The notes under the pieces are model-generated. The model worked only from the letters and a program-made list of their open reading frames with translations. It ran no database searches and was not told the origin of the DNA. Shown piece by piece: positions 50,373-60,669 of a DNA stretch of 64,000 bases; the first letter of the stretch is position 1; every line of letters begins with the position of its first letter. Source of the stretch: Bacteroidota bacterium. GTDB taxonomy: Bacteria; Bacteroidota; Bacteroidia; Chitinophagales; Chitinophagaceae. The stretch covers positions 8,555 through 72,554 of the forward strand of contig JAKQEA010000038.1 of assembly GCA_029558715.1 (NCBI GenBank), written 5' to 3'. The translations under genes were made by a program, and so were the position numbers.

Positions 50373-52694
50373 TCATTTCTTTACCCTGACAAAGGAAATC
50401 AGCAGGGCAGGCAGTAATACCAGGTTGGTAAAAGTAGCCGTAATAAGGGTGAGGGAGGTCAGCCAACCGAGGGCTTTGGTGCCGCCAAATTCACTAAAAT
50501 AGAAAATGACAAAACCCGCAATAAGAACCATCGAGGTATAAATAATGCTGATACCTGTACTGTGAATAGTTTCAATTACAGTTTGTTTCATATCGTATTT
50601 ATAGACAGGAAGTTCTTGTTTATAATTCACCAGGAAGCGTATTGTCACATCAATAGCAATACCTAATGCTACGCTGAAAACTAATACGGTTGAGGGTTTT
50701 AGTGATACACCCACCCAGCCCATCACACCGGCTGTAATCAGTAGCGGTATGATGTTGGGAATTAATGAGCAAATCAGGATTCTTCCGGACCGGAAAAGAT
50801 ACAACATGCATAAGGCGATAAGCAAAAAAGCCCAGAAAATGCTCTCTTTTAACCCATTGATAATGAAACGGCTACCTTCCAAAAAGGTAACACTGGTGCC
50901 TGTTAACTGTACATCGAATTTTTCTTTATCAAAAAGCTGGTTTGCCCTCTCAGCAATACTGTCCAGCAGGCCTGGCAAACGGTGGCTGCCTATATCTGCC
51001 ATACTTACACTGATACGGGCCTGTTGCCTGGTACTATCCATAAATGTGCTGACCAGTTTGGCCAGTGAATTTTTGTTGCCCGACGAATCGCCTTTAAAAC
51101 TGAGGTATTGAGACAATGCAGGCAGATCATAACTTGAAGGCATAGAGTAATTCAGTTTATCACCGTCAAAGAATGCCTGTTTGGCAAATTTCAACCCCTC
51201 AGCAATACTCAACGGCCGGGCTATATCTGGTATAGAGGCCAGGTATTGCGATAATGAATCGATTCGTTCGAGGTTATTCAGGTTACGGGTTACTCCTTGT
51301 TTCTTTTTTGTGTCTACCACGATTTCTAATGGCATTACCCCTTTGAAATTAGCCTCAAAGAATTTCAGGTCCGTGTAAATCTTGTCAGATTTAGGCAGGT
51401 CATCTACAATGAAGCCTTCGCTTTTCAGTTGAAAAATGCCTGCTACAGAAACGGTAACGACAATGCCTGTGATGATATAAATAAGTTTCCGGTGATTCAG
51501 CGACCATCTTTCTAACCGGTCAAGCCACCTGTTGAGGCTGGGATTATCAAGGTATTTTGTATGTCTCGATTTTGGGGCAGGCAAGTAACTTAGAATGGCC
51601 GGAATTAACACCAGGGAAATAAAAAAGAGAGCCATTATATTGATGCCGGCTACTAATCCAAATTCTTTCAATATCTGGCTTTGAGTCAGTGCAAATACGG
51701 CAAAGCCTATTGCTGCTGCCACATTACAAAAAAGGGTGACAACTCCCATTTTGTCGACCATCGCAACCAACGACTCTTTTTTGTTTCCTGTTTCATTCCA
51801 GGCAACATGGAATTTATTAAAGAAATAAATGCAATTCGGAATTCCGATTACCACTACCAAAGGAGGAATTAAGGCAGTTAACAGGCTGATCTTATATCCT
51901 AATAAATGAATCGTCCCCATGCTCCACACCACACCAATTGCTACCACTACCAATGAAAGTAACATGACACTAAAGGAACGGAAGAACAATAACAATATCA
52001 GGGCTGAAAGAATGACCGAAGCAAGCAGAAAGAATTTCATTTCATCAGCAATCATAACAGCCACTTCTGTCCGGATAAGAGGAAGTCCGCTTTTATAAAC
52101 AGTAAGATGATTTACTTTGCCAAAATCATCTGCCTGTTTGCTAATGGCAGCTACTACACCAACTCTTGCTTTGGTTGCCATCAGGTCTTTGTTGATACGA
52201 AGTCCCATTAACCATGCTTTTGTTTCAGCATTATACAGTAAACCTTCATAGAAAGGAAGATTTAAAAAGATTGCTGATGCGCTGTCTATCTCTGCCTGTG
52301 TGAGCTTTTTATCAGGAAAAATGAGTTCGGCCTTCAGTTTTTCTGTTTCCGGGATCTTTACCAGATTAACAGCTGTTGGAATAGAAATGATATCATCAAC
52401 TCCCTTTATTTTTTTAAAATTTCTCTGTAATTCGTAATAGGCGTTGAATGTTTTTTCTTCGAATAAGTTATCTGTTTGTATACCTACTACGAGGAGATTA
52501 CCATCTTCGCCAAATTTTTTCCGAAACTCCTGGTACGCTTTGTATTTGGGGTTGTTGAGTGGAATGGCTCTTGTAAAATCGTAGCTCAGTTGCACTTTGC
52601 TGGCATAATAAGCCATAAATCCTGTTAATGCCGCAAGAATGATTAATAACGGTAAACGATATTTTAAGATGAACTGTCCGAGCCGGTACCACAT
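50373..52694 (-). CDS. RND/MMPL superfamily transporter (stand-alone, 12-TM, two large periplasmic loops)
   Basis: Duplicated halves with TM bundles. No adjacent membrane-fusion or outer-membrane partner genes. The ATG at 52694 (MWYRLGQF) is preferred over the TTG at 52733. Confidence 0.8.
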   Translation of the reverse strand: MWYRLGQFILKYRLPLLIILAALTGFMAYYASKVQLSYDFTRAIPLNNPKYKAYQEFRKKFGEDGNLLVVGIQTDNLFEEKTFNAYYELQRNFKKIKGVDDIISIPTAVNLVKIPETEKLKAELIFPDKKLTQAEIDSASAIFLNLPFYEGLLYNAETKAWLMGLRINKDLMATKARVGVVAAISKQADDFGKVNHLTVYKSGLPLIRTEVAVMIADEMKFFLLASVILSALILLLFFRSFSVMLLSLVVVAIGVVWSMGTIHLLGYKISLLTALIPPLVVVIGIPNCIYFFNKFHVAWNETGNKKESLVAMVDKMGVVTLFCNVAAAIGFAVFALTQSQILKEFGLVAGINIMALFFISLVLIPAILSYLPAPKSRHTKYLDNPSLNRWLDRLERWSLNHRKLIYIITGIVVTVSVAGIFQLKSEGFIVDDLPKSDKIYTDLKFFEANFKGVMPLEIVVDTKKKQGVTRNLNNLERIDSLSQYLASIPDIARPLSIAEGLKFAKQAFFDGDKLNYSMPSSYDLPALSQYLSFKGDSSGNKNSLAKLVSTFMDSTRQQARISVSMADIGSHRLPGLLDSIAERANQLFDKEKFDVQLTGTSVTFLEGSRFIINGLKESIFWAFLLIALCMLYLFRSGRILICSLIPNIIPLLITAGVMGWVGVSLKPSTVLVFSVALGIAIDVTIRFLVNYKQELPVYKYDMKQTVIETIHSTGISIIYTSMVLIAGFVIFYFSEFGGTKALGWLTSLTLITATFTNLVLLPALLISFVRVKK

Positions 52695-52776
52695 AAGCGA
52701 AATGGGGAATAATGAGGCTGCAAAGAAAGGCAAAAAAGCCCAATAGGAACATGACTCTTTGTGATACTTTTGATGA

Positions 52777-55077
52777 GTGAAATTTTGTTTGTTAATACTA
52801 TGCTGTATAGGCTGGTTGCTTGCTAAGGCACAGGATCCTTCTCCGCCAATCGGACAATGGCGGGAGCATTTACCTTATAATAGTGCAATTGATGTTACAG
52901 CCGGAGGAGATAAAGTCTATTGTGCTACTCCTTACAGTTTATTTTCTGTAGAAATCAACGATAATATCATAGAAAGATACAGCCGGGTAACCGGATTGAG
53001 CGAAACAGGGCTCAGTGCTATCAAATTTGATGAAGTAAGCAATCAGCTGTTTATTGCTTATAACAATAGTAATATCGATATTATTTACCGGAATGATATT
53101 TATAATATCCCGGATATCAAAAGGGATAATATTATTGGTGATAAAAATATCTACAACATTTATCCGCTGAATAAAAATTATTATTTGTCCACCGGCCTGG
53201 GAGTAATTGTGATTGATGGGGAACGGTATGAAGTGAAAGACACCTGGTTTATTGGCCATGGCGGTAACCAGGTCAAAGTAAATGCATTTACAAGCGATGG
53301 AACTTTCTTTTATGCAGCTACAGAAGAGGGATTGAAAAAAGCAGCGATGAATGCAGTAAACCTGGCTGACTATACAAGCTGGCAGATCATTAGCGGAACA
53401 AACGGATTATCAGCCGGGCCATGTAAAAACATAATATCAGTTGACAACAAAGTTATTTTGCAGAAAAATGACTCTTTATTTGTACAGAACGGCATTGGTT
53501 GGTCGTTATTTTATACAGACGGGTGGCCTTTTGTAAGCACTAATACAACAGAGGGTAAAATTCAATTGTGTGAACGACAAACCAATGGTATCAGCCGGGT
53601 AGTAATGCTGAATACTGATGGAACTATTTTCAGAACATTAGCTGATGTTGGCGCTGTTTCTTTTCCCCGGAAAGCAATTTTATATAAAAATGATCCATGG
53701 GTTGCAGACCAGTTTGCCTGTTTATCCCGTTTTAGTTCCACTTTATCTTATGAACAGTATAGTTTGAATTCACCACAGGGTGTTGCAAGCGGTGAAATGC
53801 TGGTTTATAATAATACCCTCTATGCTACCGCTGGTTCTGTGAATGATGCATGGAATTACCAATACAATGGTGATGGAATTTATAGTTTCAGAGAAGGAAC
53901 CTGGACAAATATTAATCGTTACCAATACAGCCATATTGATTCGCTGCTGGATTATGTCACGATTGCTATTGATAAAAGAGATGAAACAATATGGGCAGGA
54001 TCTTATGGAGGTGGATTGCTGCATGTAAAGCCCGGCCCTTCATTTGAAATTTTCAAACAAAATTTTATCGGGAATACTATTGGTGATCCGGGCAGTTATC
54101 GTGTTGCCGGGTTAGTTTTTGACAGGGAAAACAATTTGTGGATTTCCAATTTTGGATCTTCTCAGCCACTCAGGGTCTTAAAAAATGATGGTAGCTGGAA
54201 AAACTTCTCTTTGCCTTTTTCATTATTTGAAAATGCGGTGTCACAAATAATAATTGATGATAATAACTACAAATGGATTGTAGCTCCATTGGGTAATGGC
54301 CTGATTTGTTTTGATCATGGAGCTTCTGTTGACAATACAGGGGATGACAGATGGAGAAAATATTTCAGTGGGAACGGTAATGGAAACCTCCCCAATAGTG
54401 AAGTAATATGTGTGGCGAAAGATAAAAACGGTTTTATCTGGGTAGGTACAACTGATGGAATTGGAGTGATACAATGCCCGGAACAGGCTTTCAGTGCGCC
54501 TGTTTGCGATGCGGTGTGGCCAATAGTACCCAATGGCAATTTTGCGGGTTATTTATTCAAAGGGCAGGAAGTAAGAAGTATAGCAGTGGATGGTGCAGAC
54601 AGAAAATGGGTGGCTACAGGGAATGGAGTGTTCCAGGTTAGTGCGACAGGCGAGAAAGTTATTTACCAGTTTACCGAAACAAATAGTCCTTTACTGAGTA
54701 ATGATGTAAAGAAAATAGCCATTGATGGAAAAACCGGTGAAGTGTATTTCGCCACATTGAAGGGTGTTTGCTCTTTTAGAAGTACCGCTACAGAAGGGGG
54801 TGAAGCAAATGAGAATGTACTGGTATTCCCCAATCCTGTACCCCCGGGATTTACCGGAACAATTGCCATCAGGGGGCTGGTAAATAATGCGGTTGTAAAA
54901 ATTACTGAGCTGAATGGTAAGCTGGTGTATCAAACAAGGGCATTAGGTGGCCAGGCGACCTGGGATGGCAGAAATTATAAGGGACAAAAGATATCAAGCG
55001 GGGTATATTTAGTATTGGTGAGTGATGATGGGCGAAAAGAAAGAACAGCAACAAAAATATTCTTTATTCAAAAATAA
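52777..55077 (+). CDS. Beta-propeller protein (two-component-regulator propeller repeats) with a T9SS C-terminal sorting domain; PorZ-like
   Basis: 766 aa with a signal peptide and repeated propeller blades. The C-terminal 80 aa (VFPNPV...ITELNGKLVY...GVYLVLV...KIFFIQK) is a type A T9SS CTD. Size and architecture match PorZ as I recall it. Confidence 0.65.
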   Translation: MKFCLLILCCIGWLLAKAQDPSPPIGQWREHLPYNSAIDVTAGGDKVYCATPYSLFSVEINDNIIERYSRVTGLSETGLSAIKFDEVSNQLFIAYNNSNIDIIYRNDIYNIPDIKRDNIIGDKNIYNIYPLNKNYYLSTGLGVIVIDGERYEVKDTWFIGHGGNQVKVNAFTSDGTFFYAATEEGLKKAAMNAVNLADYTSWQIISGTNGLSAGPCKNIISVDNKVILQKNDSLFVQNGIGWSLFYTDGWPFVSTNTTEGKIQLCERQTNGISRVVMLNTDGTIFRTLADVGAVSFPRKAILYKNDPWVADQFACLSRFSSTLSYEQYSLNSPQGVASGEMLVYNNTLYATAGSVNDAWNYQYNGDGIYSFREGTWTNINRYQYSHIDSLLDYVTIAIDKRDETIWAGSYGGGLLHVKPGPSFEIFKQNFIGNTIGDPGSYRVAGLVFDRENNLWISNFGSSQPLRVLKNDGSWKNFSLPFSLFENAVSQIIIDDNNYKWIVAPLGNGLICFDHGASVDNTGDDRWRKYFSGNGNGNLPNSEVICVAKDKNGFIWVGTTDGIGVIQCPEQAFSAPVCDAVWPIVPNGNFAGYLFKGQEVRSIAVDGADRKWVATGNGVFQVSATGEKVIYQFTETNSPLLSNDVKKIAIDGKTGEVYFATLKGVCSFRSTATEGGEANENVLVFPNPVPPGFTGTIAIRGLVNNAVVKITELNGKLVYQTRALGGQATWDGRNYKGQKISSGVYLVLVSDDGRKERTATKIFFIQK

Positions 55078-55078
55078 A

Positions 55079-55825
55079 TTGACAGATAAATTACATAAAA
55101 CAAAGGGCATTGTTTTGAAAACAGTGAAGTATGGAGAGACGAGTATCATCGTTACTATTTTTACTGAATTGTTCGGCGTACAGTCTTATCTCGTTAATGG
55201 GGTAAGGGCTTCTTCCAAAAAAGGAACCGGCAAGGCGAATTTTTTTCAACCAACAGCCATACTTGATCTGATAGTGTATCACAATGAACTGAAACAGCTG
55301 AACCGCATCAAAGAATTTAAGTGGGCTATAGTTTACCAGCATATCTTAACCGATGTACCAAAGAATGCGGTGGCATTATTCATGGTAGAATTGCTTACCA
55401 GGTGTTTAAAGCAGCCGGAAAGTAATCCTGACCTTTTTCATTTTGCGGAAGACTGTTTTTTACATTTGGATAAAAGTAAAGGAACAGTAATGGCCAATCT
55501 TCCTTTATTTTTTGCCTTACACCTGCCGGTGCATTTCGGGTTCAGGATAGCGGATAATTTCAGTGAGCAGAATCTGTACCTCGATTTGCAGGAAGGAAGT
55601 TTTATTCATGAGGAACCTTTTCATCCTTACTTTTTACGGGAAAAACAGGCGACTATTACTTCACAATTGCTGAAAGTGATGCAACCGGAAGAACTGCAGG
55701 AGATAAAACTGAATCATGATTTTCGGAGGCAGTTGCTGCAGCAATATGAAACTTATTATACGCTGCATATACAGGATTTCGGAATGATGAAGAGCTTGCC
55801 GGTACTGAGAGAGGTATTAGGATAG
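55079..55825 (+). CDS. recO: DNA repair protein RecO
   Basis: [40 protein letters not shown]-terminal OB-fold pattern. The start is probably TTG 55079, right after the upstream stop; the track ORF begins at 55022. Confidence 0.85.
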   Translation: MTDKLHKTKGIVLKTVKYGETSIIVTIFTELFGVQSYLVNGVRASSKKGTGKANFFQPTAILDLIVYHNELKQLNRIKEFKWAIVYQHILTDVPKNAVALFMVELLTRCLKQPESNPDLFHFAEDCFLHLDKSKGTVMANLPLFFALHLPVHFGFRIADNFSEQNLYLDLQEGSFIHEEPFHPYFLREKQATITSQLLKVMQPEELQEIKLNHDFRRQLLQQYETYYTLHIQDFGMMKSLPVLREVLG

Positions 55826-56998
55826 CTTCTTAGAAGATGAAAAATCATTACTAAATAAGGTAACTCCTGATTTTCTTCCTAAATCAAAACTACCCAGCTC
55901 ATCTTCCCATCCCAATGCCTTTGCCCCGCTGCCGGTAGCCCACTGCAGAATCGTTTCATCAGGTATATGCGGAAAGTGTTGGCGAATGGCTTCCATTTCT
56001 TTGGCAATACTTAGCTGCCAGTTGCTGCTGTAGCTGTCGGTGCCAAGAACAATATGGCAGTTGTGTTTCATCAGCAGGTCAATAGGGGGCACTCTATTTT
56101 CAATATACAGGTTAGCATTGATACAGAGACAATATACCAGCTTCAATCCATTTGAAGCGGCATATTCATTAGCCCATATTATATCTTCTTCGGGCATGAA
56201 TGTGTTGTGAATCAGAAATACGGTTTGCCTGTTATTAAAATAAGGAAGTACGGACCTGATACTGCTTTTGCCTGTTACGGGAAAAGGAGATTTTTCCATT
56301 CCAAAAATTTTAAAGAACCTTAGGTATTCTCCCCCGCCTGTCCTATAGAGTTCATCTTCTGCCGGGTGTTCCTGGTTGTGTATGGAGATTATTTGGCCGG
56401 AAGTTAACTGGTTAATTAGTTGAAATGTCTTTGGTGAAATGCTGTAAGGTGAATGGGGGACTAATGATGTACGATGTACAATGTACGATGTACGAAGAGC
56501 CGCTTCCAGATCGGAAGCCACTTGTTTGTAGTGAGTAATGTTCTCCAGCGATTTCTCATCGGTAAAGCTTAGCACCTCCACAAAGTTCTGCCAGCGGATC
56601 TTGCTTTTACTTTTTACTACTGCCGTATCTGCTGTATTTCCGATATCTCCCACGGCCACAATGCCGTTTTCATACATCTCTTTTTCTGCTTTTATTATTT
56701 CTGCTTCAATTATTTCCCGAGGAAAATCCCGTTTGGTAACAACAGAACAAAGAAAATCGATCAGGCCGGTATGTGGCGGTATCACATTTTTCAGGTGACT
56801 TAGTTCGAGGTGGCAGTGACAATTGACCAACCCCGGAGAAAGAATTCCTTCCAGTTTTAGCACATCTTCCCCTGCTTCTTCTGCAGCTAATATTGCTTCA
56901 ATTTTTCCGTTTTCATCTGTAATCAGTACTTTTTCTTCCCGGAATTTGTACCCATCAAATAACTTGTCTGCCTTGAATTTGCGATAGCTCATACTCAA
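55817..56998 (-). CDS. Amidohydrolase family protein (chlorohydrolase/deaminase-like)
   Basis: NCHCHLELS metal-binding motif, a downstream HNQEH motif, and GTDS near the C-terminus. Confidence 0.75.
   Translation of the reverse strand: MSMSYRKFKADKLFDGYKFREEKVLITDENGKIEAILAAEEAGEDVLKLEGILSPGLVNCHCHLELSHLKNVIPPHTGLIDFLCSVVTKRDFPREIIEAEIIKAEKEMYENGIVAVGDIGNTADTAVVKSKSKIRWQNFVEVLSFTDEKSLENITHYKQVASDLEAALRTSYIVHRTSLVPHSPYSISPKTFQLINQLTSGQIISIHNQEHPAEDELYRTGGGEYLRFFKIFGMEKSPFPVTGKSSIRSVLPYFNNRQTVFLIHNTFMPEEDIIWANEYAASNGLKLVYCLCINANLYIENRVPPIDLLMKHNCHIVLGTDSYSSNWQLSIAKEMEAIRQHFPHIPDETILQWATGSGAKALGWEDELGSFDLGRKSGVTLFSNDFSSSKKLS
56466..56493. repeat. Four tandem heptanucleotide repeats (GATGTAC x3, AATGTAC x1) inside the amidohydrolase CDS
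   Basis: Read directly: GATGTAC GATGTAC AATGTAC GATGTAC. This encodes [10 protein letters not shown] on the minus strand. Confidence 0.9.
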
Positions 56999-57058
56999 AA
57001 TTCAAATTTCAGCACTCAAAAACCAAATCACTAATTTTGCCGCCCTGAGAATACTACT

Positions 57059-58123
57059 ATGTTAGACAGATTAGAAGCGATAAAAGCAAGATTCGATCAG
57101 CTGGGAGTAGCACTTACTAACCCGGAGATTGTAGGGAATAATAAAAAATTTACCGAGACCAGTAAAGAATACCGCAGCCTTGAAAAGATTGTTGTGGCCT
57201 ATAATGACTACAAAAAGATACTGGAGGATATTGATTTTTACAAAGAAGCGCTGGAAGGTGGGGATGAAGAAATGAGGGAGCTGGCAAAGATGGAAGCTCC
57301 CGGACTGGAGGAGAAAAAGGTGCAGAAGGAAGCCTATATCCGCCAGTTGCTGATACCCAAAGATCCACAGGATGAAAAGAATGCAATTTTGGAGATCCGG
57401 GCAGGCACAGGTGGTGATGAGGCCAGCTTGTTTGCCGGAGATTTGTTGAGAATGTATATGCGCTACTGTGAAAGACGTGGGTGGAAAACGGCTGTGTTAA
57501 GTGAAAATGAAGGGACTGTTGGTGGTTACAAAGAGGTACAGTTGGAAGTAACAGGTGATGATGTATATGGTACGTTGAAGTTTGAGAGCGGTGTGCATAG
57601 GGTGCAACGGGTTCCTGATACCGAGGCTTCAGGACGGGTACACACTTCAGCAGCAACTGTAGCGGTGATGCCTGAAGCAGAAGAAGTGGATTTTGAGTTA
57701 AATCCTGCCGATGTGAAAATGGAAACAGCCCGAAGTGGTGGTGCTGGTGGACAGAATGTAAACAAAGTGGAAACCAAAGTAATGCTTACCCACATCCCAA
57801 CAGGAACAGTAGTGGTTTGTCAAACCGAAAGGTCACAATTGGGCAACAGGGAAAAGGCGATGCAAATGCTTCGAACAAAGCTTTATGAAGAACAGGTAAG
57901 AAAGCAGGAGGATGAAATTGCCCGTCACCGTAAGAGTTTGGTAAGTACCGGCGATCGAAGCGCCAAAATCAGAACATATAATTTTCCCCAGGGTCGGGTA
58001 ACGGACCATCGTATTGGCCTTACTCTTTATAATCTCGATGCTGTGTTGAATGGAGATGTACAGGAGCTTATTGAAGCACTCCAGTTTGCCGAAAATTCAG
58101 AAAAGCTGACAAAACAGAATTAA
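57059..58123 (+). CDS. prfA: Peptide chain release factor 1
   Basis: [26 protein letters not shown] and [15 protein letters not shown] (GGQ) motifs. Confidence 0.95.
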   Translation: MLDRLEAIKARFDQLGVALTNPEIVGNNKKFTETSKEYRSLEKIVVAYNDYKKILEDIDFYKEALEGGDEEMRELAKMEAPGLEEKKVQKEAYIRQLLIPKDPQDEKNAILEIRAGTGGDEASLFAGDLLRMYMRYCERRGWKTAVLSENEGTVGGYKEVQLEVTGDDVYGTLKFESGVHRVQRVPDTEASGRVHTSAATVAVMPEAEEVDFELNPADVKMETARSGGAGGQNVNKVETKVMLTHIPTGTVVVCQTERSQLGNREKAMQMLRTKLYEEQVRKQEDEIARHRKSLVSTGDRSAKIRTYNFPQGRVTDHRIGLTLYNLDAVLNGDVQELIEALQFAENSEKLTKQN

Positions 58124-58286
58124 GCAATACATTCTATCTATTATAACGGTTTTATCGGGCAGATAAGGCAGTTTACCGATACTAAAGGAGGTTATATAAA
58201 AATAATTTCAGGGTAAATTGTTTAATATTTACTTTTCGTGTGGCCATTGACCTAAATACATCTTTAATTTTCAAGAACAAACAACT

Positions 58287-58925
58287 ATGTTGGATCAATT
58301 ATTAGACATTGTAAAAAACTATGGAAAGGAAACTGTAGTGGAAAACCCTGAAATACCCAATGAACAAAATCAGGAAGTGCTGGCTGATGCAACTAAAACA
58401 ATAACCAGCGGATTTCAAAATGTTTTAGCTGGTGGTGGTCTTCAAAACATACTTGATCTTTTTAAAGGAGGAAATAATACTTCAGGTGGTGGCAGTGGGA
58501 TTGGTGGCTTGTTGAAAAACCCGATGGTAACGATGATGGTAGGTTATTTTATAAGCAAGCTGGTGAGTAAATATAAAATGAGCCCATCTTCTGCCAGTAA
58601 TGTGGCTAATAACCTTATTCCTAATGTGTTGAATGGCATCATTACAGAAACTAACAACCCGCAAAATACCGGCTTTACACTGGATGGGCTTATCGGCTCC
58701 TTTACGGGTGGCGGCAATGGCGGTGGCGGATCGCAGCTACAGGATATCCTTGATCAGTTTACAGGCGGTGGAAACAACAATAGCGGAAACACCAGTGGTG
58801 GGTTTGACTTACAGGATCTTATCGGAAGTTTTACCCGAAAAGCGCAGGACAGCTTTCAAAATAATAACCAAAGTGGGGGCAACGGGGGGTTAATGGATAT
58901 GATCAAAGGATTTTTATCAAAGTAA
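58287..58925 (+). CDS. Gly/Asn-rich repeat protein, DUF937-like (tentative)
   Basis: 212 aa with a recurring amphipathic motif followed by a Gly run: LQNILDLFKGG, LDGLIGSFTGGG, LQDILDQFTGGG, LQDLIGSFT, LMDMIKGFL. Confidence 0.5.
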   Translation: MLDQLLDIVKNYGKETVVENPEIPNEQNQEVLADATKTITSGFQNVLAGGGLQNILDLFKGGNNTSGGGSGIGGLLKNPMVTMMVGYFISKLVSKYKMSPSSASNVANNLIPNVLNGIITETNNPQNTGFTLDGLIGSFTGGGNGGGGSQLQDILDQFTGGGNNNSGNTSGGFDLQDLIGSFTRKAQDSFQNNNQSGGNGGLMDMIKGFLSK

Positions 58926-58942
58926 TTTTATAAGAATCAGGT

Positions 58943-58978
58943 AAGCCATCCTTTTTTTGAAGGATGGCTTTTTTATTT
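58943..58978 (+). terminator. Rho-independent terminator
   Basis: AAGCCATCCTT (58943-58953) pairs with AAGGATGGCTT (58960-58970), followed by TTTTATTTT. Confidence 0.85.
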
Positions 58979-59326
58979 TCTGATAAGTAAAATTTTGGCA
59001 TGAATTTTCGAAAGTAAGTATGAATCATTGCGTCTTATACTTATAGATCTTTGTCAGTTGATTGTCAGTTTTTTGATTACAAAAGGCCTGGATATATGCT
59101 AACACTTGTTGTTGGATTTGTGCAATATGTTCAACCTCTGCATCGTATGGTTATCATGATTGAAAGAGGTTTTACTAAGAGGAAGATGAGTGGAATTACT
59201 GGAGAGGCTCTTTTAAACTTTCATTAACAGCAACGTTTATACTATCGGCAGTAAATTTGCGTTATACTATTACAAATCTTATTATAAAAGCAGTCAATTT
59301 TCTCATAAGCAGTTAGTTTTGGTTGC

Positions 59327-59357
59327 GACCCCTGTTTCCACAGGGGTCTATTTTTTT
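59327..59357 (+). terminator. Rho-independent terminator with no annotated upstream plus-strand gene
   Basis: GACCCCTGT (59327-59335) pairs with ACAGGGGTC (59340-59348), followed by TATTTTTTT. It overlaps the stop of the minus-strand VanZ gene, but the U-tail is on the plus strand only. Confidence 0.7.
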
Positions 59358-59731
59358 ATAAACCTTTTCCTGCTGAAAAGGAAGCCACCCAGGCATCCGG
59401 CAGCGTCAGCACTTATGTCACTATAAGAGAAATTCCGGTTAACGATAAAATAAAGCTGGACAAATTCCATTGTAATGCCGTATACAAGACAGGCCAATGT
59501 TATCCATACAAAGCTTTTATACAGAGCTGCCTTATTTCCTTTTGTCTTAAACAAGGCCCAGCACCATAAAAAAACCATTCCCAGGAACATTCCTGCATGA
59601 ATCCATAGATCAAGCGAAATATCGCTGAACCAGTCTTCAGAAGGCAAATCGTCACCAGGCATGGTCAGGAGAAATGTGCTGATAATGAACCAACCAATGA
59701 GCGGTAAATAAGCGAAGTTAGTAAGTCTCAC
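59348..59731 (-). CDS. VanZ family membrane protein
   Basis: 127 aa, 4 TM helices. The pattern EFVQ...NR..S..DI.AD..G...G matches my memory of the VanZ signature. Confidence 0.7.
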   Translation of the reverse strand: MRLTNFAYLPLIGWFIISTFLLTMPGDDLPSEDWFSDISLDLWIHAGMFLGMVFLWCWALFKTKGNKAALYKSFVWITLACLVYGITMEFVQLYFIVNRNFSYSDISADAAGCLGGFLFSRKRFIKK

Positions 59732-59780
59732 ACGGTAATTATTTCAGCAATATTAAGTGAAGAATTGCTGATAAATAAAT

Positions 59781-59810
59781 AAAAGGAGCCTCTGAAGAGG
59801 CCCCTTTTTT
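59781..59810 (-). terminator. Terminator of the sigma/anti-sigma operon
   Basis: The minus strand reads GGGGCCTC TTCA GAGGCTCC followed by TTTTATTTATTT. The stem has one mismatch. An A-run on the other side could make it bidirectional. Confidence 0.65.
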
Positions 59811-59903
59811 AACCAACTATAGAACCAAAACTACTATAGCAAAGGTTTAATGCCTTGATCAGATACGAAAAAATTAATGTATCAGATTGAAAAGAGTGAA
59901 TGA

Positions 59904-60665
59904 TCAGAGGTTACCCATTACGTACATATCGCCACCGGGTACTGATGGGTTGGGACGATCTTTCTTTTCAAGTGTAATAGCAAAGGCCTGGGCATTCCGG
60001 GCATTTTTCATCCTTACCAGCAGTTTCTTTTGTTTCAGATCATAGTCAATCATCCCAAGATCAATAGGCTGGCCATCTAATAAGGCCCATAGCTGGTACT
60101 GTTTGTCAGAAGGGGGAACCGGGAGATTATTGGCCAGAAGATAAACATCATGTGATGTGGTATCCCAATAAACGGTAGCATATGATGCAGGAGAAACTTC
60201 CATTCCTTTCATGGAAGCCATTTTCACATTCGGATTCTCCTGTAAAATCCTGATATCTTTTTTTACCTCATCCAATTCAGCTAAAGTCAGATCATAGCTG
60301 CCCTTTAGTTTTTTATTCTCATTGGATAAAGTAATATTTAAGTAAAGGCTTCCTGCCAGTAAAACTATGCAGGCAGCTACAGCATACTTTAGCCATTTCA
60401 TACTTCTGGCAGGAGCAGACATCATCGGAATTACTTTCCCGGCGGCCCTGACCTCTGTAAATATTTTTGCTTTGAGCTCAGCCGGCGGAATTATTGCATT
60501 TTGCATGGCTTGTTTTTCCAATGCTGTTTCAAAATCAATCCTTGCCTGCAGTACTTCTGAATATTGGTCGCATGCTTTCTCAAACTCCCTTCTTTCCTCA
60601 TCTGAAGCAAGTCCGAGAACATAGCTCTCTACTATTCCGCTTAATATGTATTCCTGTACGTTCAC
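59904..60665 (-). CDS. Anti-sigma factor (RskA-like, single TM)
   Basis: N-terminal zinc-less ASD-like helix region (EYILSGIVESYVLGLASDEERREFE), a central TM helix, and a C-terminal RskA-like domain (YQLWAL...FAITLE). It lies 4 bp after the ECF sigma gene. Confidence 0.75.
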   Translation of the reverse strand: MNVQEYILSGIVESYVLGLASDEERREFEKACDQYSEVLQARIDFETALEKQAMQNAIIPPAELKAKIFTEVRAAGKVIPMMSAPARSMKWLKYAVAACIVLLAGSLYLNITLSNENKKLKGSYDLTLAELDEVKKDIRILQENPNVKMASMKGMEVSPASYATVYWDTTSHDVYLLANNLPVPPSDKQYQLWALLDGQPIDLGMIDYDLKQKKLLVRMKNARNAQAFAITLEKKDRPNPSVPGGDMYVMGNL

Positions 60666-60669
60666 TTTA

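Noticed and set aside
57150-57656. 168-aa minus-strand ORF
   Set aside because: It is antisense inside prfA. The sequence is Pro/His/Ser-rich and non-protein-like.
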